Notes under the pieces: model-generated
The model's database searches: none
Told to the model about the DNA's origin: nothing
The model's input: only the letters and a program-made list of their open reading frames with translations
Made by a program: the position numbers and the translations under genes
Origin: Eledone cirrhosa
Taxonomy: Eukaryota
Direction: 5' to 3'
Length of the DNA: 64,000 nucleotides
Assembly (NCBI GenBank): GCA_964016885.1
Contig: OZ024742.1
Span: forward strand, 73,842,001 to 73,906,000
In this document: one piece after another, positions 28,747 to 47,156 of the stretch
How the letters are laid out: the number at the start of each line of letters is the position of its first letter
How positions within the stretch are numbered: position 1 is the first letter of the stretch

Positions 28747-28748
<2 letters not shown>
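28015..28748 (+). mobile_element. Insert bounded by direct repeats in (TA)n, with a degenerate HHR and internal (TTC)n
   Basis: GCGCAG..ATCATTATTATCATATTTACACATA occurs at both ends. ggtca CTGATGA..GCAACGCG lies at 28671-28725. Confidence 0.45.
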
Positions 28749-28784
<36 letters not shown>

Positions 28785-28790
28785 ATATAT

Positions 28791-28951
<161 letters not shown>

Positions 28952-29135
28952 CGCATATATATATATATATAAAATTTCAGGTTATCAATATTGTAGTGAT
29001 AATATATCGTTACGTTAGAGATGAACAGCGTACGTGTAGGTTTGCTCAACGAGTATAAATTATATTCCGGAGAAAATGTAGAAAAGATGAATATAAAATG
29101 AAAGTGCTTTTTTTGAAAAGGAATTTATTAGGTAT

Positions 29136-31050
29136 AAGAAAACTAATGAAGCTACACTTAAAAACATCAACAACTCGGCATGTGAAATTGTTAAAAAACT
29201 TTGTATTGACGATAGAACGCAACCCTTAACACCAGCTATACCATCCTTCAACCTGAAGGACCACAAGGTAAACTTCGATACTAACCCTAAGATTAGACTT
29301 ATATGCCCCTCTAAATCTGATATAGGCAAAATTAGCAAATATATATTAGACAGAATTATCCCCCAAGTTAAGGTTAAAGTAGAAATTAAACTATGGGGTA
29401 ACACTCATGAAGCAATAAGATGGTTTAATAACATTACTGATAAGAAAAAATCAAAATTTATTCAGTTTGATATTGATGAATATTATTCCTCAATTTCACC
29501 TGATACTCTACATGAAGCTCTTTCGTTCGCTAAGGCTAATTCCGACCTTACGGATGCTGAAATTAAAATTATTATGGAAGCGAGGAAAACTATAGTTAAA
29601 TTCGATGATAGCTACTGGGTTCGCAAAGATAGACCTTCTAATTTTGATATTACTATGGGTTCTAATGATTCGGCGGAAGTAACAGATGTTGTGGGAATTT
29701 ATATCACCCACAGACTACAAGGAAAATTCAAGGATCTCCACGGTGGAATCTACCGTGATGATGCGCTCCTATTAGTTAAGCATATGAATAACCAGAATTT
29801 AGAAAGGATGCGTAAAAATATCAGAAAGCTTTTTAAGGAACTAGGATTAAATATTACATTTGAATATAACCTCAAAGAGGTCAATTTCCTTGATGTTACT
29901 TTGAATCTCAAAACAGATACGATTAAACCGTTCCATAAACTAAATGAGAACCTTAAATATGTAAATACGAGTTCTAACCATCCACTCTCTATAATTAAAT
30001 CCATCCCTAGAAATGTTTCTCTTAGAATCTCCCGCCTGTCGTTCAACCAACAAACCTTCAAAGAACATGCCGAATATTATGATGATGCACTTAGGAAAGC
30101 CGGATGATGATGCACCTAGATAATATAGAGTATATAGTCGAAGATCACCAAAACACCCAAAATAAATCCCATAGGAGTAGAAATAGCACAGAATCACCAC
30201 CATACATACACTACCGCAATAGACACAATAATAGTCGCACACCACCAAACAGAAGGCGATGTAAAGAGTATATTTGGTACAACCCGGTCTATAACAACTC
30301 TATTAAAACCAATCTACCCTCACAATTCTTTCGATTAGTTAAAAAACACTTTCCAACATCACATAAATATAATAAAATCTTAAACCCTAACACTATTCAA
30401 CTTTCATATTCAACCGCCCCTAATATTGAACAACATATAAAAAAGCTTAACGCAAAACGGTTGTATAAACGCCTTCCAACACATAACAATACACGTAAAA
30501 CATTAGCTATAACATCACAAAACAACAAACAACATCCTGTCCTACCTAAGCAACCTCATCAACCCATCCATGACAATACAACAACGCAAAATTATAATTG
30601 CAACTGTGTCCAACCAGGAATGTGTCCGTTGAACAATCAGTGTCTTGAACGCAACATCGTATACAAATGTACTATCGAATCGGATAGACAGAAGTGGTAC
30701 TATGTGGGATCTACAGCCACCTCCTTCAAATCACGCCTTTATAGACATCGTTACTCGATAAAAAATGAAAACCAGCGTTATGTAACAACACTCGCAGACA
30801 AGGCTTGGCAGCTGCGTGAAGATAACCAACAATTTCACCTAAAATGGGATATAATAGCAGCTGCTTCCCCCCCCCCCCCCCCCCCCCCCCATATTCCCAC
30901 GGACAGGAATTTTGTAAATTATGTAATGTGGAATTATTTTGTATTATGAAATCCAAAAACATTTTATTAAATAACAGAATAGAGCGATCGTTATACTGTA
31001 ACCATCGCTTAAAATCTACATTTTCATATTATAAATACTACCAGGATTGA
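29136..31050 (+). pseudogene. PLE RT-linker-GIY-YIG polyprotein (frameshifts at about 30105 and 30880)
   Basis: LKDHK, FDIDEYYSSI, MGSNDSAE, GIYRDDAL, FLDVTL, CNCVQPGMCPLNNQC, IVY..YVG, CKLC and CNH motifs. Confidence 0.92.
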
Positions 31051-31530
31051 ACGCCTGTCTCTATCTCCGTTTGATTGTCAAAATAGATATTAACATTCTC
31101 TATTAGTCTTAATTCTATCAACTCTTCTATTATTTACCATTTAAGATAAACTGCTATAGATAAAAATGAGATTTCTGATTTCTTAATTCAATTCCCTAAT
31201 GCATATACCAGCTGGCTACTAGCATTGATGTTATTCAGCAGCAATCGAAATCTCCCCCTTCCCCAATTGACACTTTATAATTAATACTACTACACCAAAT
31301 GACCAGCCCTGTCCACTCTCCAATTGGTCAAGTAGAGATTAAAATTGGCACTCCCAAAAATTCTTATTTAGATAAAATGAACCATTTACTCATGGTATTC
31401 TCATTAGAAACCCTTTATATACTTGTTTAGCAGTAAATTGAATTACCATCTGTCATATACTATCCCCTCTCTTCTTCCTCTATTACTAATATAAATACTT
31501 CAATTTTTCTGATTTTATCCAATTTATCCA

Positions 31531-31650
31531 AAATCTCTGAAGAAGTGACAACTGATTATACATTTGCTATCGAATACTTGCTATCATTATATGATTACGC
31601 AAGCAGCGATACATAGGTATTACGTCTGTTACAGAAACATATGTCAATAC
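31531..31650 (+). ncRNA. Hammerhead ribozyme with a ~90-nt stem II (3' side of stem I damaged)
   Basis: CTGAAGA a-gtgaca..tatcg..cttgc..atcat/atgat..gcaag..cgata..tgttac-a GAAAC atat GTC. Confidence 0.65.
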
Positions 31651-31699
31651 CTAATAAATTCCTTTTCAAAAAAAGCACTTTCATTTTATATTCATCTTT

Positions 31700-32070
31700 T
31701 GCTAGGTAGTTTAGCTAAATTTGAAGCTGCGATGTTATGTGCAAGGTTAGGAGTCGTAGAGTAAGAAATTTTAATAGCATTTCTATTAAAAATTTTACTA
31801 TATTTATGTGTAGGGGGAAAATGCTTCGTAATAAGGGATAGAAAGATCTTAGCTAATGGTGTGGCCACCCCCATATTATATGGTGGGGTTATACCATATA
31901 ATGCGTCGGGATCTATTTCTTCTAGTTCTATTCTCGTACTCTGTATATGCTACCTTATCGACAAATCCACTCCGAGCAAGAGCTTCATTGTAATATGTGG
32001 AATGGTCGTTGAAAATATGTTCGTTAGTAGATAGACGGGAAAGCCTCAAAGAAACGTTTCTTACCAGGTT
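31700..32070 (-). pseudogene. Fragment of a different PLE (RT thumb/linker)
   Basis: KIFLSLITKHFPPTHKYSKIFNRNAIKISYSTTPN. Confidence 0.82.
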
Positions 32071-32211
32071 CTTGGGTTATGTGTATATATATACATGTAT
32101 ATATATGTATATATATACATGTATATATATACATATATTTATATATACATATATATACATATATATATATACATATATATATATACATACATATATATAT
32201 ATACATACATA

Positions 32212-32287
<76 letters not shown>

Positions 32288-32298
32288 CATATATATAT

Positions 32299-32349
<51 letters not shown>

Positions 32350-32627
32350 GTATTAATTATACTATTTATGGTTATGTAAATACAAAAACCTTTTGCAGTT
32401 ATATATATTTTTATACAAACCCTAAATAGTGGTAGGCAGTAATATATTACTACCTTATTACCAGTAAGTTAAGTAGCTCAATGTAAAAACATCAGATGAT
32501 TTACAGAGCAGTTATATGAATTATAAGAATCAAAGAACTGTTCAAAACATTTTTATGCTTACAAGGAGGAAACAGTTGTAAGCATAAAAATGTTTTGAAC
32601 AGTTCTTTGAGTCTTATAATTCATATA
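32350..32627. mobile_element. Foldback insert with the 3' half of an HHR at its apex
   Basis: Palindrome at about 32513-32627 with centre GAAAC agtt GTA agcat. Confidence 0.65.
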
Positions 32628-35340
<2,713 letters not shown>

Positions 35341-35365
35341 ATTTACCTATCTATATCTATATCTA

Positions 35366-35399
<34 letters not shown>

Positions 35400-35506
35400 A
35401 ATACATATATATATATATATATATATACATATATATATACATATATATATACATATATATATACATATATATATACATATACATATATATATACATATAT
35501 ATATAC

Positions 35507-35541
<35 letters not shown>

Positions 35542-35580
35542 AATACATATATATATATATATATATACATATATATATAC

Positions 35581-35615
<35 letters not shown>

Positions 35616-35621
35616 AATACA

Positions 35622-35653
<32 letters not shown>

Positions 35654-35654
35654 C

Positions 35655-35685
<31 letters not shown>

Positions 35686-35738
35686 CATATATATATACAT
35701 ATACATATATATATACATATATATATATACATATATAC

Positions 35739-35853
<115 letters not shown>

Positions 35854-35854
35854 C

Positions 35855-35887
<33 letters not shown>

Positions 35888-36015
35888 CATATATATATAC
35901 ATATACATATATATATACATATATATATACATATATATACATATATATATATACATATATATATATACATATATATATATACATATATACATATATATAT
36001 CTACATATATATATC

Positions 36016-36186
<171 letters not shown>

Positions 36187-36190
36187 TATA

Positions 36191-36390
36191 CGTAGGTCCC
36201 GGGTTGAGTCGGGGATAACCACAGTAAGTAAGGTACTCAATACATGGCAGAGTAAAATTTTTTTATTTTATAGAAGGAACTTCTACAGGACTAGTACTGT
36301 TTCATTCAGATGAAATCTTCAGGAAGCACTGAAGATTTCATCTGAATGAAACAGTACTATTCCTGTAGAAGTTCCTTCTATAAAATAAAA
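36191..36390. mobile_element. Foldback insert, family X, with an HHR core in each arm
   Basis: Inverted repeat 36262-36390 containing CTGAAGA t-ttc-atct-gaa-t GAAAC a GTA. Confidence 0.75.
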
Positions 36391-36395
36391 TTAAA

Positions 36396-36520
<125 letters not shown>

Positions 36521-36521
36521 C

Positions 36522-37043
<522 letters not shown>

Positions 37044-37045
37044 AT

Positions 37046-37245
37046 NNNNNNNNNNNNNNNNNNNNNNNNNNNNNNNNNNNNNNNNNNNNNNNNNNNNNNN
37101 NNNNNNNNNNNNNNNNNNNNNNNNNNNNNNNNNNNNNNNNNNNNNNNNNNNNNNNNNNNNNNNNNNNNNNNNNNNNNNNNNNNNNNNNNNNNNNNNNNNN
37201 NNNNNNNNNNNNNNNNNNNNNNNNNNNNNNNNNNNNNNNNNNNNN
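37046..37245. other. Assembly gap (200 N)
   Basis: Run of N. Confidence 0.99.
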
Positions 37246-37872
37246 AGGCACAGTGAGAAAGGTACAGATTAGGGGTTAGAAATTAAAAGAAAAAGAAAAG
37301 AAAAGGAAAAAGAAGAAAGGGAGGTGATAAATAGGAGAGATATAGAATGAGTAACAGGTATTATATAATGTATAATAAATAACTTTGAAATAGTGTAGAA
37401 AGATGGGTATATTTTTAAAGAAGTATATATATATATATGTGTGCCTTTGAGAAAAGGATTCTAAATTGATAAAGTATTGGATATTAGCTGTATACTTTAT
37501 GGAATGTTTCTGTGGAATTTATGCAGGCAGAGAGAAAACAAGTCAGTGCGTCTATTTATTATAGAATCTAAATTAGATATAATGGTAAATTTTTCATTTA
37601 GACAGAGATTGCAAGTCTTGGATAGAGAACTGTTCAAGTATGGAGAAGCAGAAGAAACCTTTTTCCAAGAGATGTTATATTTAATATTTTTGTCTTTCAA
37701 GGACATTATTGCATGATGATATTTGTTTTTGAAATGCGCTTAATAAAATACATGGAACTCTTTTAACCATCTTTTGATATTATGTATACTCCAGTCCTAC
37801 AAACTGTAGAGTGCTTCTTATACGATATCTGCATTGCTTTATTGTACTACAATAAAACTCACCTCCTACATA
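37246..37872 (-). mobile_element. PLE 3' fragment (GIY-YIG C-terminus, 37497-37706) joined to an inverted family Y tail
   Basis: YNISWK..PY..CNLCLNEK..INRRTDL..CLH. 37706-37872 matches 61241-61410. Confidence 0.82.
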
Positions 37873-37874
37873 TG

Positions 37875-38081
<207 letters not shown>

Positions 38082-38104
38082 ATGTATATATGTATATATA
38101 TATG

Positions 38105-38161
<57 letters not shown>

Positions 38162-38186
38162 GTATATATTATATATATATTATATG

Positions 38187-38383
<197 letters not shown>

Positions 38384-38412
38384 GTATATATATATGTATA
38401 TATATATATGTA

Positions 38413-38504
<92 letters not shown>

Positions 38505-38505
38505 G

Positions 38506-38539
<34 letters not shown>

Positions 38540-38557
38540 ATATATATATTGTATATG

Positions 38558-38590
<33 letters not shown>

Positions 38591-38644
38591 GTATATATAT
38601 ATATGTATATATATATGTATATATATATATGTATATATATTATG

Positions 38645-38697
<53 letters not shown>

Positions 38698-38701
38698 TAT
38701 A

Positions 38702-38733
<32 letters not shown>

Positions 38734-38734
38734 C

Positions 38735-38775
<41 letters not shown>

Positions 38776-38804
38776 GTATATATATATATGTATATATATA
38801 TATG

Positions 38805-38835
<31 letters not shown>

Positions 38836-38869
38836 GTATATATATGTATATATATATATGTATTATATG

Positions 38870-38900
<31 letters not shown>

Positions 38901-38927
38901 GTATATATATGTATATATATATGTATA

Positions 38928-39028
<101 letters not shown>

Positions 39029-39037
39029 GTATATATA

Positions 39038-39557
39038 GAGAAAATTGAGGTTGGTAATGGCACATGGAATATATAAGAGACAGAATACTTTTTTGTGAAA
39101 AAACATATAATTTTATAAGGTAAGGAAATAATAAAGGGTATAAAAAATGACCGGTTTCGATGGGTCTGCAAAAGCCATCTTTTCAAATGTTAATTAATAT
39201 TAAGAAAAATTAATAATAAGAAGAGTTAAAATTTGAGATTTGAAAATTCAAGTATAAAATTCATTGTGGGATTTCACAGTAGTTTTCATCTTGGTAGCAG
39301 CTCGTTGACTGCTGGGTGCCTTTCTGGTAGTGAATGAGAAGTTATTTGGGGGTGTGGGTTATTTTATAAAGGTCAAATTTAGCAATGGTCAGATGGCCAG
39401 CTGCTGGTCAGTGAGGGGGTGCAAGCAATATACATACATATATCTTCCTGTGGTAGGTAGGAGAGGGGAGATTGATAGAAAGGGATTTAGTGCACTTACA
39501 CCTATATATACACACATACCTTCATCCACACATACATACATATACATATACATACAA

Positions 39558-39619
<62 letters not shown>

Positions 39620-39772
39620 ATACATATACACACGTACATACACACACACATACATATATATACACACACATATACACACACACATATATATGCACATACA
39701 CACACATATATATATATATACACACACACAAATATATACATACACATACATCCAGATACACACATACATACT

Positions 39773-39815
<43 letters not shown>

Positions 39816-40050
39816 GTGTACATACACATATATACACACATATACATACACATATATATACACACACACCCCCACACATACATACACACACACACATATA
39901 TATACATACACACATACAAACACACACACACATATAAAATGATATGTTTTTTCACAAAAAAGTATTCTGTCTCTTATATATTCCATGTGCCATTACCAAC
40001 CTCAATTTTCTCTATAACCTTCGTTTTGTGTAGTAAATTACACTTTTCGT
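39038..40050. mobile_element. PLE-like 3' UTR remnant with a degenerate HHR (39145-39190, minus) and an inverted tail
   Basis: 39038-39118 is inverted at 39934-40010. Reverse complement reads TTGAAAA gatgg..ccatc GAAAC cg GTC. Confidence 0.6.
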
Positions 40051-40080
40051 ATATATGTATATATATATACATATATATAC

Positions 40081-40138
<58 letters not shown>

Positions 40139-40147
40139 GTATATATG

Positions 40148-40290
<143 letters not shown>

Positions 40291-40499
40291 GTATATATAT
40301 GTATATATATATATGTATATATATATATGTATATATATGTATATATATATATATGTATATATATATATGTATATATATGTATATATATATATGTATATAT
40401 ATATATGTATATATATGTATATATATATGTATATATATATCTCACTATAAAAGCTTCACAGCACAGGCATTGCTTTATATCTGGAGATCTCTCTGCACT

Positions 40500-40684
40500 T
40501 GTCATCACATGGTACCATGGGCCCTGCACTATGTGTCAATAATGGTCACAAGTGTAGTTTTGTACCAGAGTTTTCAAGTCGCTGGCTGGACTAAAAAGTC
40601 ACATTCGTTCAGCGCATCGGTAGGGGTTCTCCTACATTGATATAAAGTAGTGGCCGTACTCGAAAACGAGTTGGCAGCCACCAA

Positions 40685-40685
<1 letters not shown>
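40500..40685 (+). mobile_element. RTE-like LINE 3' end remnant
   Basis: [23 protein letters not shown] is a C2H2-like C-terminus with a 1-bp frameshift. A short hairpin-containing 3' UTR follows and runs into (TA)n. Confidence 0.5.
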
Positions 40686-40734
<49 letters not shown>

Positions 40735-40735
40735 G

Positions 40736-40850
<115 letters not shown>

Positions 40851-40851
40851 G

Positions 40852-41027
<176 letters not shown>

Positions 41028-41061
41028 CTTATATATATATATACATATATATATATATACT

Positions 41062-41111
<50 letters not shown>

Positions 41112-41146
41112 CATATATATATATACATATATATATATATATTTTC

Positions 41147-41180
<34 letters not shown>

Positions 41181-41324
41181 ATACATATATATATACATAT
41201 ACATATATATATACATATATATATATACATATACATATATATATACATATATATATATACATATACATATATATATATATATATATATATCTACATATAT
41301 ATACATATACATATATATATATAC

Positions 41325-41355
<31 letters not shown>

Positions 41356-41496
41356 CATATATATATACATATATATATACATATACATATATATATATAC
41401 ATATATATATACATATATATATATACATATATACATATATATATACATATATATATATATACACATATATATATATACATATACATATATATATAC

Positions 41497-41527
<31 letters not shown>

Positions 41528-41548
41528 CATATATACATATATATATAC

Positions 41549-41641
<93 letters not shown>

Positions 41642-41656
41642 CATATATACATGTAA

Positions 41657-42075
41657 AGTTATATTTAAAATTGTTGGGTTACAACTAGTAAATATTTATA
41701 ACTGATATAAAAGCACTCGACAAATATTTGGAGTATATTTACAATATTAAATAAATGGAAAACCATATTTATAAAACCATATCTATTTCATTATATATAT
41801 TTCGGGGATATCATATTAACAATATGTTATGCCTTCATCAGACAAAATACAATATAAACAGTTTTATAGATAAATATATTCGACATACCGTAATAAACAT
41901 CAACTTCATTTGAAGAGGTTTACTCTAGCAGTGATATGATATCCCCGAAATATATATAATATGATATCCCCGAAATATATATAATGATATCATATATTAA
42001 TATGATATCCCCGAAATATATATAATGAAATAGATATGGTTTTATAAATATAGTTTTCCATTTATTTAATATTGT
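41657..42075. mobile_element. Family Y foldback insert with an HHR at 41784-41849 (minus) and stuttered forward half-copies
   Basis: Reverse complement reads tattttgt CTGATGA agg..ccc GAAAT atat ATA atgaaata. ATGATATCCCCGAAATATATATAAT occurs three times at 41936-42026. Confidence 0.78.
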
Positions 42076-42111
42076 ATATACATATATATATATATACATA
42101 TATATATGTAC

Positions 42112-42157
<46 letters not shown>

Positions 42158-42643
42158 TAAAATTCTACATGGCTGAATACAATAAATGTAATCAGCCCTT
42201 CATTCTTGCTCTTGTGTTGGCATGTAAACAGAATTGCAGACACTAATGTTTCTGGGTGATTACCCTACATCAGTACAGTATACTGTTTACCTGCCAACTG
42301 GCAGAGCTAGTGAAAATATATGATATTTTCTCAAATATACAGTGACTGATCGGCCTGATTTGCATATTAGCAGAGTGGCTGATCAGTCAGATCTGCATAT
42401 TAACAAATCCACTGATCAGCAAGATTTGCCTATCAGCAGATAAGGCAGTCTGCTAATATGCAAATCAGGCCGATTGTTTAGTTTACTCTCATTCTTAAAT
42501 AAGGCCGTCAGATACGTGGAAATAACACCACATGGTCATCGACCCCAGCGATATATGTATAATGGTTGAATACACTTCATATGGCCTTCGCTAATATTTA
42601 CGGTTATACATACACACACACACATATATATATATATGTGTGT

Positions 42644-42807
<164 letters not shown>

Positions 42808-43512
42808 ATTGTGCGGGGCGAGGCTGTGTGTTTACTGATAACGAGTGTTAGAAAGTAAAGGGACACAAACAAGAGATGGACATTTTCCCTTCATCAGTTG
42901 TCTATATATATATATAGTACAGGAACCCCCACCAATACTACCATAATGCGTCTGTATAGATATATAAGTATACAGACCCCACTCTACTCCACTCCACTCC
43001 ACCCCATTATCACTACCACAGTGATAAATGCCTGAGCAATGTACAGATCCCCAGGTGTATGCTGCTTCATAGTCCCAACTGACAAAAAAAAGAAAACATT
43101 ACTCTGGAAGATTACGAGGGAGACATTTTGAAATAGGTATTCTACCTGGAGGGTCTCACTTCGGTGAGTGGCCAAAACCATCCGGATAGCAGCAAGTAAA
43201 GTAGGGTGGTGTTGCCATAGGTTCAACAACACTTTAGCTAGTTTTCATAAGAATTTAATGACTATTTTTCTGTACTTCTTAAGTTACCTAAGATTAATTT
43301 CTAACAGTGGCTCTTGGGGAAGAACGTAAAAGGGTTGGATGGGCTTTGAGAGTGGAGTCGCAAATACCAGGTGTAGTGGTGGGGGTGTAAGGAATGATGA
43401 CGTGGATGAGACAAGGGATGAGGACTTGTAGTTTTGCAGTGGTAATAGTAGTAGTATTGTTGGTGATGGTAATGATGGTAGTGGTGTACAAAGTAGGTAG
43501 ATGATGGTGATT

Positions 43513-43880
43513 TGTATGTATGTATGTATGTATGTATGTATGTATGTATGTATGTATGTATGTATGTATGTATGTATGTATCTATCTATGTACGTACGTA
43601 TGTACGTATGTATGTATGTATGTATGTATGTATGTATGTATGTATGTATCTATCTATGTTCGTACGTATGTACGTATGTATGTATGTATGTATGTATGTA
43701 TGTATGTATGTATGTATGTATGTATGTATGTATCTATGTTCGTACGTATGTACGTATGTATGTATGTATGTATGTATGTATGTATGTATGTATGTATGTA
43801 TGTACGTCCGTACGTATGTATGTATGCATGTATGTATGTACGTACGTATGTATGTATGTATGTATGCATGTATGTATGTA
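43513..43880. repeat. (ATGT)n microsatellite
   Basis: Direct inspection. Confidence 0.95.
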
Positions 43881-44215
43881 TTTTATTTGAATGGCGCCTA
43901 GTTGCTTGTATTTCCGCCCACTCATGTCTGCTGTGCGTGTTTAGGTCTATTGTGAGTGTATATATGTCTCTGTCTGCCTGTCTGTCTATCTGTCTACTGT
44001 GTTGTATGTATATATTTGCCTACTCTGTTTGTATATATGTCTCGTTGAATGTATATATATATATATTTTTTTTTTTATGTTGTATGGTTTAACTAATAGG
44101 CAGTTGGGTTTCTGATCCAGTCACTCCGATCAACATACCTTTGTGTAATAAGAAAAAGCACCCAACATCAAATATATCTTCCATCATAGATGTGGTATCT
44201 CCTCCGTGAAGTTAA

Positions 44216-44553
<338 letters not shown>

Positions 44554-44668
44554 GTTATTCCGGGTTGAATCGGAGGTAACCACAGTAAGTAAGGTACCCA
44601 ATACATAGCAGAGTATAAAAGTTTTAATATAGATGAGGTTCTACAGGACTAGAACTATATGTATGTAC

Positions 44669-44825
<157 letters not shown>

Positions 44826-44925
44826 CATACATACTCAACATGAGTGGAAATGTTATTTTTATCTCAAGACATATTTTCCAATTCCAACCCGCCTGTTCCT
44901 TCAATATATCTTATTTCTCGTTCTT

Positions 44926-44961
44926 TCTTCTGATGAAGCACTATCGTCCGAAACGTTAAGA
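44926..44961 (+). ncRNA. Minimal type I hammerhead ribozyme (stem II decayed)
   Basis: tctt CTGATGA agcactatcgtcc GAAAC GTT aaga. Confidence 0.7.
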
Positions 44962-45042
44962 CCCTCTTCTTGCTATTTTAAGCGTTAACCTAATATATTC
45001 CTTCCATATACTCTACCGATTGTGGTGTTATTTCTGTTTACC

Positions 45043-45179
<137 letters not shown>

Positions 45180-45184
45180 TATAT

Positions 45185-46985
45185 ATGGAGCAAGAAAACC
45201 ATGGATAACAGAGAAATTCGGAAAACCCATTGGATTCAACATGCAGAAGAATACGAGAAACATACATTATTTCCTAGAACAACAATCGAAGTCCATCAGA
45301 GTAATATAGCTTTGTTCTTAATTCTCATATGCGCTGATTTATACAACTGGAAACTATTTGAGACTGCCTAGGGATCATAACTCCCAGTAGGTTAAAGAGT
45401 GCCAAAGTAGAAGGGAGACCCTCCTACCCACCTGAGAGAATATGTGTTTAAAAAAGAATTAATTTATAAATTGTAAAGATTCCGATTACATTTACTTCAA
45501 AGTATTCAAACTTTTCCCCAAATGTCCATTAAACTTAAAAACTTGTTAATTTAATGTAAAAACATCAACATTTTTCCCTTTTCCGAGCGTAACGATATTT
45601 TGCTGGTTTCTATTTTGTTACCTCCTCTGATAAAATCGGTTTAATTTTGTCATCAAGTACTTTCAAATACTGGGTTGTCAAGTATGAAATTTGTAGAAAT
45701 GTGTAGAAAAAAAAAACAAATTTCTAGCTAGAAAGCAGGCGAAAAAAGAATTCTGGAGGAATCTGAGAGTGGGAAGTTATAAAATTAAAAAGTTAATAAA
45801 TTGAAATTAAAAAATTAAAAAATAATAAATAAAAATTATAATAATATTAAAAAATTAAATAATAAAAAAATAATTTTAAAAACTGGAGTCTAAAACAGCT
45901 GCTATATTTTTAGCTGGTGTTGCGTTTTCGGCCAATGCTATATAGAATTTACTGGGGTGGGGTTATTGAGGCTAAAAAAGCCCGATGGGCTGCCTCATGG
46001 TAGGCGAAAGAGGAAAAGGGAAAAGGAAAAGGGGTGAGAGTGGAAGGAAGTGAGAAGAAGAGATAAAGGGAAAAAAGAAAAGAAGTACATCTACCTATGT
46101 ATGCTGGGTTCCCCTATCTTGTTCGGCAAGTGGGTAAAGAAGGATGTTACAGCCATTGTCTACCCACCCGGGTCATGAGGGGGTTTGAGGGCGAGGTAAG
46201 TCCTACGCAATCGGTGTTTACATGCGGTTACAAGTTCGTCTTTTTTGTTTATGAGTTGGTCCTTCGTAAACAGCATTTGTATTGTTTCCTTCGAGCATAA
46301 GTTACACGGACGGCGTCCTCCCGTGTAGGAGTTAGCCCTGCAAAGTAAGCTCCAAGTAAGTAGGTATGTGATGTTATTATCTTGGAGGTCCCAGATGTGG
46401 CTCGAAAGTGTAGTAGCATGTCGCCGGGCCGGGTTTCTTAACGTATGTCGGTGTTGGTAGAGCCGGGTCTTAAAGTCACAAGCGGTCAATCCTATATAGG
46501 CTTTGCTGGAGTTTTCCGTCCTCACGTTGCATTGGTAGATCACATTACGTTCTCGGCATCTGTTGTTGAGGGGCACGTAGATCTATCAGGGCAGTTACAT
46601 CTCCTGGTCGGCTCTCCACTAATGTCTAGGTTGTTTCTTCCATAGGAGTTGAGTTTCTTGTTGTTTGAGGAGGCGATGTTTTGTGCGAAGTTGGGTGTGG
46701 TGCTGTAGGAGAGTTTGATAGTGTTTTTGTTGATTATGTTGTGGTAGCGTGTTGTGGTGGGAAGTGTTTTTCGAGGAGCCTAAAGAAGATTTTCCCAATT
46801 GGTGTTGCAACCTCGGCATTGTGGGGAGGGTTGAACCACGGGACGTGGCGTGAGAGGCAGCGTCGCCTGCTAAGGGAAGCTAGGTAAAAGGAGATTTCCT
46901 CCCGAAAGCCGCTTCGCTTGAGGGCCTGGTTGTAATAAGGCGCATGTTCATCGAATATATGCTCATTAGCGGACAAACGCATTGT
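45185..46985 (-). mobile_element. Penelope-like element 3' portion (RT thumb, linker, GIY-YIG 46160-46600, 3' UTR)
   Basis: APYYNQALKRSGF, WFNPP, KHFPP, VIY..AYIGLT, CNLCSKE and CKH motifs. Confidence 0.88.
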
Positions 46986-47156
46986 TCAACAGGCAAGTTC
47001 AGCCACTTCCACCTCTCACCCACTGCCATGAAAGATTTAATTGTGTTTACAAGAAATTTTAACAAATCCTTTTGACAACTTCCCATATAAGGAATTACCC
47101 CTTGAAAAGTTTTGGTATTTATTACCACGCTAAAAATCTAATTTAGTCCTAGAAAT

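Larger units (their letters stand above)
28970..31699 (+). mobile_element. Penelope-like element, 5'-truncated, preceded by its inverted 3' tail
   Basis: 29083-29135 is the reverse complement of 31647-31699. RT and endonuclease frames lie between them. Confidence 0.92.

Noticed and set aside
30090-30120. TGATGA at the RT/linker boundary as a recoding site
   Set aside because: It is explained by a local duplication of GATGATGCAC(T/C)TAG that causes a frameshift.
45915-46005. Hammerhead remnant in the PLE 3' UTR (CATGAGG..GAAAACGC on minus); similar partial motifs at 21895-21915 and 59320-59392
   Set aside because: The cores are too degenerate or incomplete to call.
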